Shown: piece by piece, positions 39,129-52,200 of the stretch
Layout: every line of letters starts with the position of its first letter
How positions within the stretch are numbered: position 1 is the first letter of the stretch
Assembly: GCF_018977255.1 (NCBI RefSeq)
Contig: NW_024704842.1
Location: 62,001 to 126,000 of the forward strand
Length of the DNA stretch: 64,000 nt
Reading direction: 5' to 3'
Source: Callorhinchus milii
Taxonomy: Eukaryota
Position numbers and translations under genes: made by a program
Notes under the pieces: model-generated
The model's input: only the letters and a program-made list of their open reading frames with translations
Told to the model about the DNA's origin: nothing
Databases searched by the model: none

Positions 39129-39913
39129 CACAGTGCTTCTTGTCTAAGAGGGACCTGTACAAAACATGTTAGGTTTATTGCAGCTCATTGGTTACAGCAC
39201 TCGTCTCGCATAAATGGGTTCGATTCCCGGCCGGGGAAAACGCTGAGCAATTTACCTTACTCCACACGACGCTGTTAATCCCGCAGTATGTAGGAACTGG
39301 GTTGTTATTCGATTGGCTAAATGGTTTTCCTGGAGCAACAATTAACTAAACAAATAAAAAAAAGGTCGATGAAGTGACTGTTAGTGTGTCACCGTTGTGC
39401 GAAATTGGCTGAAGCGTTCAATCCACAAAATACACAATCACTGACTTTTCTTGCTCCACACACCTCTGTTTATGTGGCAGTAAGATGGATACCGGTTGAT
39501 AATCGATTGGCGGATCGGTAATAGTAATGGGTAACATTTCCTTCAAACTCAATAAAGAGAATGTGTTCACTCCATCAGAAACTGTTTGTGCGATGCTGCC
39601 GTGAGCAATTGGTTGCCAGGTTTCGTCCATAAAAAACACAGTCACGACAATCTACAGGAAAGCTTATTACTATAAGGCACAATTGTGCTTGGTTTCTCAA
39701 AATCGTGGTGATGGTTTTCCCGGTGAGTCAGAAACACAGAGCGTGAAAAATAAATGTTAAAATATGAAGCGTCATTCACCGAAATAAACCGTACAGCACA
39801 ATAACGTTAGCTGTGAATTATACGAGAAAACTTGCGGGGACGGCTGAAACCCAGATGACGAGAGCGGAAAGGAAATACTGAACTCACTGGGGCACAGATA
39901 TCTGAGAAACAAC

Positions 39914-39926
39914 TGACGTCAATTGG
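39914..39926 (+). promoter_or_regulatory. Perfect CRE (TGACGTCA) overlapping ATTGG, about 500 bp upstream of the V leader at 40411
   Basis: AACTGACGTCAATTGG. CRE sites are known TCR V promoter elements. A TGACGTG also lies about 20 nt upstream of the paired pseudogene leaders (38646). Confidence 0.35.
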
Positions 39927-40410
39927 CTCTTCCCCTTTCGCTTTGAACCCTCTCAATGGCTCGTTGGCAACTTGAGAGCTGCCCCCGGGGATGTGAAGCC
40001 AACACACATCAAGCCATTGTCGAGCCGTCTGCAAACACTCAGGGGCTTCCACTGAAAACTTCGTCCTTTTCGCCTAACTATATCACAATGATACTTGCCA
40101 TTTGATACAGCGCCTATCAAGTCACTGACACATCAAATCGCTTGACACAGTACACTTGAAAGTGCAGTGAATTTGTATTCTATGGGCGAAACCCGAGTAC
40201 GAATATCACACAGCGGAGACTCTCAAACAGTCGTGGATTGAGTGATTATTATTTTTTAGTGAAAATTACCCCCGGAAAAGGACCTGCAAATCGAAAAAAC
40301 AAACGTTTTCCTACGTATCATTCGGTAGACAGAGGGGCGTGGAATAAGGAAACCTGTCTAACTTTTAAAGGAAACTTGCATTTCTTCAATAAACCGGTGA
40401 ACATTTGGCT

Positions 40411-40860
40411 ATGAAGCGCGAACACACTTTATTCTTCATCCTCCTGAAAGCTGCTGTGTTCCTCTGGGGTGAGTATGTTTCACAGAAAAAAACCCGCTTG
40501 CGCTTTGTGAGACACTGTATTTAATTCGACCAAAATTAGCGCGTGAGTTTTATTAACAGATGTTATTTCATTTACCAGGGGTCAGTGGTCAGGAAAAAGT
40601 CTACCAATCGCCACTCTCTGTGACTGTTGGGGAGAAGGAAAACGTGGTTATCAGGTGTTCCGCAAAAGGAACAACTCAAGCCTTACAATGGTACAGACAG
40701 CATCTGAACCAGGCTCTCAAACACTTGGTAACAGGAAAGACAGGAGAGCAGCGGAAGGAGAGGATCACAGCGACAATAAACTATGGAGACAGGAGCAGTA
40801 ATCTGAGCATCACAGGCACAGAAGTGACAGACGCCGCCATCTACTTGTGTGCAGTGGAGA
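40411..40860 (+). CDS. TRAV: TCR alpha-type V segment, apparently functional: leader 40411-40468 (MKREHTLFFILLKAAVFLW), V exon 40579-40860
   Basis: GTGAGT donor, TTTACCAG acceptor; C23, LQWYRQ and DAAIYLCAVE present; open frame. Confidence 0.9.
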
Positions 40861-40899
40861 CACAGTGAGACAATTACATGGAGAGGCCGTACACAAACC
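40861..40899 (+). other. 23-RSS of V at 40579
   Basis: CACAGTG, 23 nt, ACACAAACC. Confidence 0.95.
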
Positions 40900-41812
40900 C
40901 CCAGTGTTCAGTCAGCAATTTTCCTCTTGTTCATCATAATAACTGCTCAGCACTCACTGCCACTCAGTTACCCTCAATTTCCTTGTTAATCACGACATGT
41001 TTATGTCACGTCTGCTGGATTGTAATATCCCTTATTTCAGTGTTTATAGCGAGAGGACCTGGGTTCAATTCTCGGGCGTGACAGGGAGAAACCTTAGTCA
41101 AGTTTCAATACTCCATACGCAACCTTCGTTTTATATAGCAGTAAGTAGGGAAAAGCTCGCTCAGTCGAAAGACAGATTGCTTTGCTGAGTGGAATAATCC
41201 CTCAAAGGTTTTTAAAAATATAATAATTAAAACAAATTTGATCATTCAATGCAAGATAGTTCAAGCGCCATTGCTCAGCTGAATTGTCCACCTAATTTCT
41301 CCCGAAAAAACATGCAATTAATTAATTTCAGTGTACTACAATTAAAAACGTATTTTTGTTGTTCCTGCATATTCAATTAGGTGCTTTGAGACGTCTGTAA
41401 GATGTAACAAGGCGGTATATGAAACGCAATGATTATTACCATTAAATACTGTGAAGCCCTTTGCGACGACTTGATGTCATGGCAAGGCACTATAGCATAT
41501 GCCATCATTGCTATTGTTACAGATGGAAGCTTGTGGATACTCTGTGAATTCTGAAGGGAAAGAGGGGTAACATGCCAGCAGACAGTTGGTGTAATCAAGA
41601 CTAGACAAAAATGCACAGCCATTCACTTTAAAGTATATTATGTGTAGCGCTTTCCGAAGTGTCAACAATCTGATGAAATTTTACATAAATTGATGCTTAC
41701 TATTTAATTATTGACAAATTAGAGGTATATGGCGGCCTTTACATCAGTATAGGCGATGCGAAAAATAATTCAGGCAAATAGTGATTAATAATATATTCCA
41801 TGTTTATTACAG

Positions 41813-42125
41813 AAATCTGTGATGGGGATTCCGTCAGTCAGAAAGCTGCCACGACGGTTAAGATAGAAGGACAATCTGAGGTTATTGAATGTACTTATTC
41901 CACTACTGTTGGCTATTACTATCTGTTCTGGTACCGACATTACCCAGACCAGCAGCCAGAGTTTATATTTCGCAGCTATAGTAACCGTGACAATCCCGTC
42001 AAAGGACCAGGATTTGGAAACCCTTTCACTGCTGTGCTGCACAAATCCATCTCATTCACCGGTTTAACCATCTCTGAGCTGGTGTTGTCTGACAGCGCTG
42101 TGTATTACTGTGCCTTTAGTCTCAC
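41813..42125 (+). CDS. TCR delta-like V exon, open frame with intact RSS but no intact leader found
   Basis: DSVSQK..IECTYSTTVGYYYLFWYRHYPDQQPEFIF..DSAVYYCAFS; RSS CACAGTG-23-ACAGAAACT at 42126-42164. The candidate leader 41673-41724 has two in-frame TGA codons. Confidence 0.85.
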
Positions 42126-45100
42126 CACAGTGATAAACTGCACTGCAAGTCTCGTACAGAAACTGCCTTCACTTATATACATCGATATGATCTGTCTGTT
42201 GAATTGTGTTCGGAAATTTGATCAGCCTTCAGGCCCTTCGGGAAGCAAACATATCTGTAATCACAATGAGAAGAAACCACACTCATCTCACAACGACTTG
42301 TCAGCTAAACGTTCACAATTAATGCAGACAGCAATTAGAGAACGAAATAGGCGCCACAGGACCTGTTGCAGTTGACTGGTTTTGCTTTGTAAATCTAATT
42401 TTAAAAAATCTTTTACAATAAATCCACGTGATCGTCGCGCTTTAAAATATATTTTTCGGAAAAAAAGTCATCACGACTGATAGAGCAACACTGCTGTGCA
42501 AAATTACACAACATGTACAGTCAACTCGCTTGACAGTATATTTGTTGATTTGCCTTGAGACGTCTCGAAGTGTGATGAGGCGCTATATTAAATGAAAGGA
42601 TTAATATTACTCACGGTTACTCTCTCCAAATGTTAAACTAAATGACTTCACGCTGATTGATTTGAGGAGAGCAGCTCGACCTCCATTAGTGAGAGGAGTA
42701 GTGGAATCAGGGAGATCTCCATTGTTTTTGATGATCCCAGAGTTATTTTGTGGTTGGAGCTCTCACCTCGCAAGCGAGAGTATACAGGTTAATTTCCTCG
42801 ACATGGTTTTATATTAGGCAGATTTCCTTCCTCCACGCACAAGTGAGCCTCTCTCTACCTGGCAGTAAGAAGGAATCTGTTTGTCAGTCGATCGGGGGAT
42901 CGTTTTCTGGGCTTCATAGTGCCTTAAAATTGATAATGATAATTGTGTTCAATGCACGATTGTCCGTGGGACACTGCGATGATCAATTGACAGCCACGAT
43001 TAACCCAAAAACTCAAAATTTGAAACAATCGTAAGGAACGTACCAGATTGAAAATTTCCCAGATAATTGCATCAAAAAAAGGCGAAAGCTGGTCTTGCAA
43101 ACAGTATTTCTACAACAAAATATACAATTATTTCATTCTGCGATATATTCTGTGAAGCGGTTTGATACGTGTGAAACATGCGATAAGTCGCTGTATTAAA
43201 CGCATTGATTACTATTATTTTCGTTATTGAATATAGCCATCACAATACCCAAAGAGACACCAACCCTTATCTCGTAACAAATCGCATTGTGAATGTCTCC
43301 TTTTTGATCCATTTGCTGTGCAATCCACAACATGGCCCCTCAGCGTTTTTTTGCTTGCCCACTTTTTTGCCCTAACTGCACTTATGTAGAAAAAGAGGTA
43401 AGTGCACACATATACACGTTTGGATCTGCGCATGCACATCACAAGCCTGCACATGTGTGTTCGAAGACTGATGAGGTCCTGAGGGTGAGTTATACCTGTG
43501 CTTGTGGCTGTATAATGGTTGGATATCGTGTATTTTTCATCCCTACGACTAAGCTGCGCATTAGGGCTTCGGCTGGCACGGTTGACAGGAACTGAGTGCG
43601 CGCATTCCCTTTCCCTAGCGACTGGTCTGGCCTTCCAAGTGCTGCCGATGTGGAGGCTGATGCTCTACCCCCAGCAGTGTCCTGGAGTACTGCGGAAACG
43701 CCTGTTAAGGAACCGGTTGGGAAATATTCACAGAGGGCTGTCTCGATTTTGACATTCGTCAGTAAACGCCATATCAACTCCTCCAGTGATACAGGGAGAC
43801 TCAAGGAGGAAGTGGAATTTTAGTCAGATCATTATAGGAAGTTGAACAGTGCAACAAAAAACTCTAGAGGCAGTAATGTGGTATTTCAGGTCTTTATTTT
43901 TAATTTGAACACTGTTGGTCAGTGAATGAATATAATCATCTGATGCACAACAATCATCAAGAGATACGAGGACTCGATGAATTGTTTGTACTGCCTTTTC
44001 GCTTTCTAGCATTAGATGGTGATCACCGGACCGAGAGGATGAGCGATAAAATTAGTGAAATTGGATTCAGTGGGCAACAATTTATTGACATAAAGCTGAA
44101 ATTGGAATGAGAATGTATTTTGAGGTATAAGAAACTACTGAGGAACAGCTCAGATTCGTGATACTACGTGAAGAAGTCTAATTACAGGCAGATTATTTGC
44201 TGTTGCGCTGAAAACGTATGAATTTATTAAGTGGATTTCCGTGGAGCTGTAATACCGAGGTCAGACTCTGGGTGGCGCTGTTGTACAGAGTACACAGGGA
44301 GGAGTTACAGTGCAACACCACTACCTGCTGGGCATGTGCTTGTAACTGCAGGCCTTCCAGCCATTCCTGTCTGCCTGGACTTGGGAGCATTTTAAATTCC
44401 CGCTATTCAGTGCGTAATTATTGTCAGATTTGGGAACCAGGAAACTGGAAATATGTGGCCGTTCAGGGGATCAATTGTGAATTCTTTGCTTCGTGAAGAG
44501 CGCTATAAAACTGTAATTTGTTGTTGTATATTTTTGTTGCCAATACTCACCTTCTTTCCACACCACACCTTCACTCACACCCAGCTCCACAGCACCCTCA
44601 TCCACACCCAATCCCACCCCATTCTCACCCACAGCCACCCCAAACTATCCCACACCCATCTCCACCCCATCTTTACTCACACCCATCTCCAACCCATCTT
44701 TATTCAGACCCAGCACCACTCCATTTTCACTCACACCCAGCTCCAGATCATCTTCGCTCACACACAGCTCCAACGCATCTTCACTCGCACCAGCCACGCC
44801 CAATCCTCAGGCAGCCCCAGCCCCACCCGATTCTCGCCCACATCCAGCCCCTTCCCTTCTCATCCACACATAGAACCTCCCCCGTCATCACATCCAGCCC
44901 CTCCCCATCCGCACACACACCCAACCAATCTCCCTAATCACCCTCACCCAGCCCCTCTCCAACCTCAACCACACCCAGCTCCTCGCTGTCATAGTGACGA
45001 GCACTAACACCATAATGACCAGTTCATCAATAAAACCATGGTGACGACGCATTCTCACACTGATAGCTGCTTTCAGTCTGGTTTACGTATTCATGACCTT

Positions 45101-45639
45101 GCGCTGAAGTAAGAATTGATACACATTTCTTTTTATGCAGTAAAATTTAATATAAGATTGCCAAGCTGACGCCTAATGTAACTGATACATTTTATCTAAT
45201 GAAATTAACGCTGAATATGGGATATTATATTTAATTGCAATGAGTTGATCGGATCAATACATTTGCGTTAATATAGAAAACGCTCGCGTTACGGTTCCCA
45301 TCAGCTGATTATGATTATACAACACAGACGGTTACAACACTGTACTTTTACGCTTTTCCCCCTTCTCCCTCACTCTTTGTCCTCTCATTCTCTTTTCCCT
45401 TATATCTCCCTCTTTCTGTTCCTGTCTCTCAATACCTCGCTTCCCACGTGTATCGCCCCAACCCCCACCACCCACCCCACACACACTCTCTCTGCCATCT
45501 CTCACTCTCTCTGCTCTGTTGCTCCTTGTTTGTTTCCCCAACTCTGTCCCTCTCTCTGCCGCTCTCCATCATAATCGGTCTCTCAATCATTCGCTCACCT
45601 TCACCCTCCGAATCGCTCTCTCCTACCCCCGTCTCCCTT

Positions 45640-46436
45640 CTCGTCTCCCGTGTCCTTTCTCCCTCACATCCGCACCACAACTGGCACCGCCTTCCATCAC
45701 CTCCGGAATATCGCCAGATTACGGCACTACCTCACCCCTCACGCTGCTGAAACCCTGGTTCACGCCTTTGTCACCTCAAGGCTGGACTATGGGAACTCTC
45801 TCCTCGCCGGCCTTCCCGCCACCTCCCTCCACAAGCTGCAGGTCATTCAGAACTCTGCAGCTCGTGTACTGTCCCGCACCAGGCTTCGGGACCACATCAC
45901 TCCCACCCTCGCTCGCCTCCACTGGCTCCCCATCCCCAGAGGATTGATTTCAAGATCCTCATCCTCACGTACAAGGCCATTCACGGCCTTGCTCCCTCCT
46001 ACCTCTCCAACCTACTATCCCCCTACCTACCTGCCCGTACCCTCCGTTCCTCTGGCTCCGGTCTGCTCCACGTCCCCCGCCCCAACCGCCCTACTATCGG
46101 TGGTCGGGCCTTCAGCCTCTCAGCCCCGAGGCTCCGGAACTCCATCCCCCAGTGCCTTCGCCTTGCTTCCTCCCTTTCCTCCTTCAAGGCCGGTCTCAAA
46201 ACCTTTCTCTTTGACCGTGCCTTCAGCTCCCCTCTCGACTCTCTTCCTCCTCCTCGCTCCCTCCCTTCCCTCCCCTCACCCTGACCATTTCCCCTCCTCT
46301 CTCCCTCCCTTCCCTCCCCTCACCCTGACCATTTCCCCCCTGCTCGGGTCATGACCCAACTGTGCAGCGCCTTGGGACGTCCTCCTGACGTGAAAGGCGC
46401 TCTATAAATGGAATCTTGTTGTTGTTGTTGTTGTTG
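45640..46436 (+). mobile_element. L2 LINE 3' fragment, same family as 22420-24601
   Basis: AFHHLRNIARLRHYL..FVTSRLDYGNSLLAG..LQVIQNSAARVL..LHWLP; same tail. Confidence 0.9.
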
Positions 46437-47320
46437 TCTCTCTCCTTCCTTGTCAGCCCTGTTTCTCTCTCTGTGTGACACTCTCTCTCACTCAATTGCT
46501 CTCTCCTTCTCTCGTACTTCAAACGCCCTCTTAATTCTGAATCGCACAATAACTTTTTCCTCACACAAGCATTCTTTTCCAGTTGCTCTCAGTTGATTTC
46601 TCTCACTCCCCCTCTTACCCTCCCGCACTCTTTCTGTCCCCTCTCTCACTCTCTCTGCATCACTTTATCTCTGCTTGCCCCCTTTCTCCCGATCCCCCCT
46701 TACATTCTCTCTCTATCAATCACTCTTTCTCAAACACGCTCACTGTTGGGCCATCCAGTAAATTAAGCACTAACATTTCTGATTAAAATTTTCACTCACA
46801 CCCCTCGTCCTTTGTCTCTCCATCTCTCTCACAACCTGCCCTGCTCTCTTTTACTCTCTCACCCTCTACCACACAGACTCTCACTCTCGTTATCTTTCTC
46901 TTAGTCGCTGATTCTCACTGTGTCCCTCACTCAGTATTTCTCTCTCTCTCTCTCTCACACACACTCTCTCTTTCACACAATCTTTCTCGCAGGCAGTCCC
47001 GATGTCTCACTCTATCTCCTTCTCTCACTCAGTTTCCCACTCAGTCTCATTCAATCACTCTCTCTCACATTCATTCTCACTCAGTACCTCACTCAATCTC
47101 TCGCTCAGTCTCTCACCCTCAGTCTCATTATATCTTACTCAGTCTCTCTCTCTAACTCATTCACACTCACTCACTCATTCTATCTCATTCTGTGACTCAA
47201 TCTCCACCTATGTCAGGGAGACAAGTGCCGTGAGTGACGCGTTGTAGTCAAACTGAAGCTGGTATTGAATATAGTTGCTGATGAGGAGCTGGAGCGAGGA
47301 GATGGCCACCGGCCTCCGGG

Positions 47321-47425
47321 CTACACTCTGACTGTGGCGTAGATTGGACCATCATTCTCACCGTTTTCACGGCCATTCTCAATCCTGTTTCCCAACATCA
47401 GATTAGCGTAGATGATGTCAGCATT
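47321..47425 (-). CDS. Receptor copy B, terminal coding exon with IIYANL and PIYATV motifs
   Basis: CTCTGATTGCAG acceptor; NADIIYANLMLGNRIENGRENGENDGPIYATVRV then TAG at 47323-47321. Confidence 0.82.
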   Translation of the reverse strand, partial: NADIIYANLMLGNRIENGRENGENDGPIYATVRV

Positions 47426-49240
47426 CTGCAATCAGAGCAACACTCAACATATCTGCAGAAGGTCATTGGGAGTAAACCCTCCCCCACCCACCCACCCACC
47501 CCTTCCTGGAGACTCCGACTCATATCTCCAGTGTGTGAGTGCGTTTGTTTCCCCTTCCCCACACCAGGAGTACAACACATGTTAAATTACCAGCAAGTGG
47601 AATCAAGTTTTGTGATAAATCCCCCCGTAAATAAACCGGAGCCAACACTAATGATAAAAATCTTGCGTTTAAGAAATTCCTCTGAGATGAACGATGCTGT
47701 TTGAACGTGAAATTAAACACAGACACACACAGACATCGAGACTCTCTTTCTGACTCACACATACGTATACACACAAACAAACACACACACAGACACTTCC
47801 AAAAAGGCAGAAACATGCGCTCACAGAAAAACACAATCACGTAGACAGATACACAAGCACATGGTTCTGAAGTTTTTCACGTTGAGAGAACGGCTGAAAG
47901 TGTTTAACAACATGTATTATAATTGGTGGAAAGTTTATGACCATAACCAAAAGGATCAGCCGAGTTGTGCACAGAAACGTCCCTCATATACCCAGTCAGA
48001 CTTCAAGACAGTAAAACCTGTGAAGCGCTTTGAGACGTCCTCATCATGTAAGATGATCTGTACCGAACGCAAGGATTATTATTATTTTGCTGAACTCAGC
48101 GAAAAAATTTTAACGGCCAGTGCAAGGGAAGATTCCCTCATTCCTTTCTCAATATTGCCAAATTCCCGACTTTGAGGATAAAACCATGAATTTATAGCTC
48201 AAGCGAGAGTGCTGCCGGCTGAGACAGCGTGACCGAGAGCCTGAGCTGGAGTGTGCCAGGCTGACACGGCTGAGCTGGGTTAGACACAGTGATGAGCTGG
48301 GCTGAGCCAGGTCTGACCTGGTCTGACACACGGCCAAAGCTGGTCTGTTGACACAGGGCGTGAGCTGGGCTGTACAGAAACTGAGCTGACACAGGGCTTA
48401 GCTGGGCTTACACAGGGTTGAGGTGAGCTGAAACAGAGCCTGAGGTAGGCTGACACCTGGTTCAGCTGAACCGATACAGGGCCTGAGCAAGGCTGACACA
48501 GTGTTAAGCTGCCCTGACACAGGCCAGTGATGCATTCACTACTCACCATTGAAGGCACCGACCGGGGAACCTTTCTCACCGTTGCATCTGAAACAAACGG
48601 AAACTGTATTTAACACCAGCACAATTCATTAACCGCACTATAGTTGAACAGTATTATTAAGGATATCAAAGGTTGCAGTAAATAATTATTAACGATAATG
48701 CTGATAGTAAATATTAGACCACAGTTAATATTTTGGTAACCATGGCATTTGAAAAAAACTAACTTATCACGACATAGAGAAGTCCCAAAGAGCTTCACAG
48801 GATTGACGGTGCACTGGAATTACTGCATACTATGTCAATTAAACCAGGAAGACATTCATGCCAGCAGCCTCACAAGTACAAGTATGTGAACGATTTTTTC
48901 TCAGGATTGATGGCCAGATAGAGATCGTTGGCAGAGTGAGAGAGGTTCTGTTCTTGAATAGCGCCGTGGGATCTTTAATATTCTCCTAAACAGGCCGAAG
49001 TTTCCTCGGTTTATCTTAGAATCTGAAGGACGAAACTTGAAGTGGCTCAAAACAGTCAGCGACATAGAAAAAAACATGCAGACACACAAACACGCAACAG
49101 TAACACAACCTGGCACGCAGAGCGACCAAGAGAGTAGGAGAGTGGCAGACACACAGATTGGCACACACAATAGACACAGACTGACTAAGGGAGAAGGTGA
49201 GTGGAGAAAAAGAGACACACAGAACAAACGATAACGGGAG

Positions 49241-49283
<43 letters not shown>

Positions 49284-52200
49284 ATGGATGAGTATTATTA
49301 AGGACTTAAAATCTTGCAATTAATAATCTTTAATGAGCATGCAAGCATTGGTGTCAGCAGCTCCAAAATCAGATGTACACAGGGCGTGAACAATTGTTTT
49401 CTGGAGGATTGTTGGACAGAGAGAGACTGATGGCCATGAGAGACAAATTCTCTCTTTGAATTGGGCCGCGAGTTCTTTAATGTCCACCTAAAAGGGCAGA
49501 AGAGACGTCGGTATATGGTCTCTTCTGAAAGACAAAAAACTTGAAGTGGCGCAAATTGAGACAAGCGATTGACAGTCAGACACACAGACAAGCATGCGGC
49601 AGACACACAGACAGAAACACAGACAGACCAAGAGAGTAGGAGAGGGGCAGACATACAGATTGACACACTGTAAGACACCCAGAGAGATGAAGGAAGAAGG
49701 CGACTGCACAAGGGGAGAGACAGATCCAGAGAAAGAGGGCTAGGAATCAATAGTCTCTGGTTTGGGGGAGGCTCATGAGCAAGAGATTGGTTTGGGTGGG
49801 GCTCGGGCCATCGGCTGACCAGACGAGTTTGTGATCAGCTCTTTTCACTCAGGACTCAAACCTAGGAAACTTCTCACTCACAGGTGACGTTGCTGGGTTC
49901 AGGGCCGCCTCCCGTGGGTACGTTCCTGCGAAAAAAAACAGACAGATGAGAGCGAAATATTCTCTGCTGTTTTACTGAGGAGGATTGCGGTGCTCAGTCC
50001 AAGTCTTGTAACAGGGCTAACGACCAAACATTGACACTCAGCTGGAGTGAAGCGAGGGGGTTGGGGAAGGTTTGGGTTGGGAGCCAGTTGTCTGAGGCTT
50101 GTGTGGAAACCCGTCACCATGGTGACGAGTATCCATACCATACGATGAATTCCAGTCATGCCTCCAATAGAAGGCAATTCCTGTTTATTTAATTAATATG
50201 CATTACATCTGCCAACCTAATCCCCATGTGGTTTAGGCACAATCTGGCTAGAATCAGGGTTTAGCGACCTCACAGTATGAATTGGGATCCCACCAGCTAA
50301 AACCACACGGCTTGCTATAGGGAGCTCCGTCTTGCAATCTTCCTCTGCTTTTCGAGTTAGGAAACATCAACCCGTTAGGGATTTATCCTGTAGTGTAGCA
50401 GGAGCTGAATAGGAGGATTCCTTACCCCCAGTATCTTTTCTGCCCTCCAAGTGTTGCCAATGAGTGTGGGAGTGTACACATGTACAGACAGTTTGGAGAG
50501 AGAGCAGGGAATGGGATTAAGTTGGAGATTTCCAGTGGGGTGCAAGCAACACCACAGACAGGATGGCGTGAGAGGAGGAATGGGAAGAGTATAGAGAGCT
50601 CCAGTCGGGGTGGAAGCACCTGTGCAAGCAGGATGGGGAAAAAGAATGAAATAGCGGTGAAATGTTCTCACCTTTCCCCACTTGAACTCTTCTGTTTACC
50701 TGTAATTGCAAAGGGTAACGCATGTCAAATAATGATTAGTACTGGTTGTGTATTGTTGTGGTTATATTAACAATAATCCTCCCTTTCATAGCATAATTAC
50801 CGTTTCATTACAAAGGGCAGTCCCTACCCAAACCCTTTCCCATCACTACCACCATGCATGGACGTGCCTTCAGCCACATCGCTACGCTATTTGTAAATAC
50901 ATCCGTTTCCATCTGATTTAGCTCTCGCTCCCACCCTCACACCACAAGACCCATCACTTCAACCGTGTCTAGTATTAGTATTGTTATTCTGTGTGACAAA
51001 CATTGCACTCAAGTGTAGTGACTGCTTTTTTAAGGAAATGCGGCAGCCCATTGCACACAAGTGGGTAACAAAAGCGGACATGAAGTGACATCCATTTTAT
51101 TTGGGGGATTGTTGGCCAGGATTCTCCCTTCTCCCTTCTCTTTTCGAATGCTGCTGCAGGAACTGTAATGTCCACATGATCAGAAAAACAGGACCACGTT
51201 TCAACTTTCTCACTGTGCGTACAGGCTGAAGAACTTGGGAACAAAGTCTTGGAAACAAGAGTTGGGTACTGTACTGGATATTGACAGTAAATATCTCAAT
51301 CCAAAAGGATCATTGTCAACAGCCTTTAAACATCGATATTATCAAGTACTCAAAGTTAAGGATAAAACTCATTGCCAATTTGGCTAACATAAACAACGAC
51401 ATGTCTTTCTAACTCAGATCCATGGTGCTGTCTAATCTGTCCCAACAATAAATGACTTGATAAAGGCTGAATGACTGTTTGGTAGCTTTGTTGTCAGATC
51501 CCCATCTGCACTCATTGACAAACAGAATATGAATACACAGTCGTTATATACTTTCCTGTCTACTTCTTTTCGCCCACAAATATACAGTAAATTCACTTGA
51601 CAGCATATTCTGTGAAGCGCTTTGGGACTTCGAGAAGACGGGAAAAGCGATATATCAAATGCAAGGTTTATTAATATTATTATTTATTCCCAATAACTTT
51701 AAGCCATATTCACTGATATTATTGGCCACTTACCTTTCTTATATTCACTGATTCCCAGTAGTAACACAATTATCATTAACGCAGCGACAATCCCCGCAGC
51801 CAGTCCTGTAATTTGCTTCCAGGTCCAATTTGCTAGAGAGGGAAATGACCAGAGTAATTTGTCCACTTTGAAGAGCTAATATGCGGGGAACACCCATTAT
51901 TTTAAAGGCATCGCTGAGATCTCATCTACTCCTGATTTGAAATCGCAAAAGAAGGAAATGTTTTCTCTTTTGCAATGAAAATTGTCGAATTTCCCCTCGT
52001 TTGTCTTCAAGAGAAAACTTCTCGACCCCTGATCCTGGGAAGGTTGAGCTAAGTAGGGCCTCTTCTGGTGCTGCGCAAGTGAATAGCCAAGCTGCGGAAG
52101 ATTGGAATCGACGCCACACTTCATGGTGTTCCCCATTCTTCTCCATGAGCCAGGCATGTCCCAGTATTCCAGGGAACTGCGGATAACAAAACAGTCCAGC

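Larger units (their letters stand above)
34033..39167. repeat. Inverted repeat: arms about 34033-35300 and 37911-39167 around a spacer of about 2.6 kb
   Basis: Reverse-complement near-identity of V exons, leaders and upstream DNA (ORFs 34810..35061 vs 38148..38330 and 35089.. vs 37821..). Confidence 0.9.

Noticed and set aside
39700-40050. Possible very decayed minus-strand V (KGEEPIDVSC.., VSDS)
   Set aside because: No W41, YYC or credible RSS could be established.
43330-44400. Leader-like exon at about 43332-43397 and Ig-like fragments at about 43600-43800 and 44190-44390
   Set aside because: Motifs are too weak, the RSS candidate is poor (CACTTAA/ACAGCAAAT) and no consistent frame was found.
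47594-47699. Possible extra 106-nt exon with a weakly hydrophobic frame
   Set aside because: Its length breaks the phase 0 join between the 41-nt exon and the terminal exon, and a much better TM exon exists at 51734-51832.
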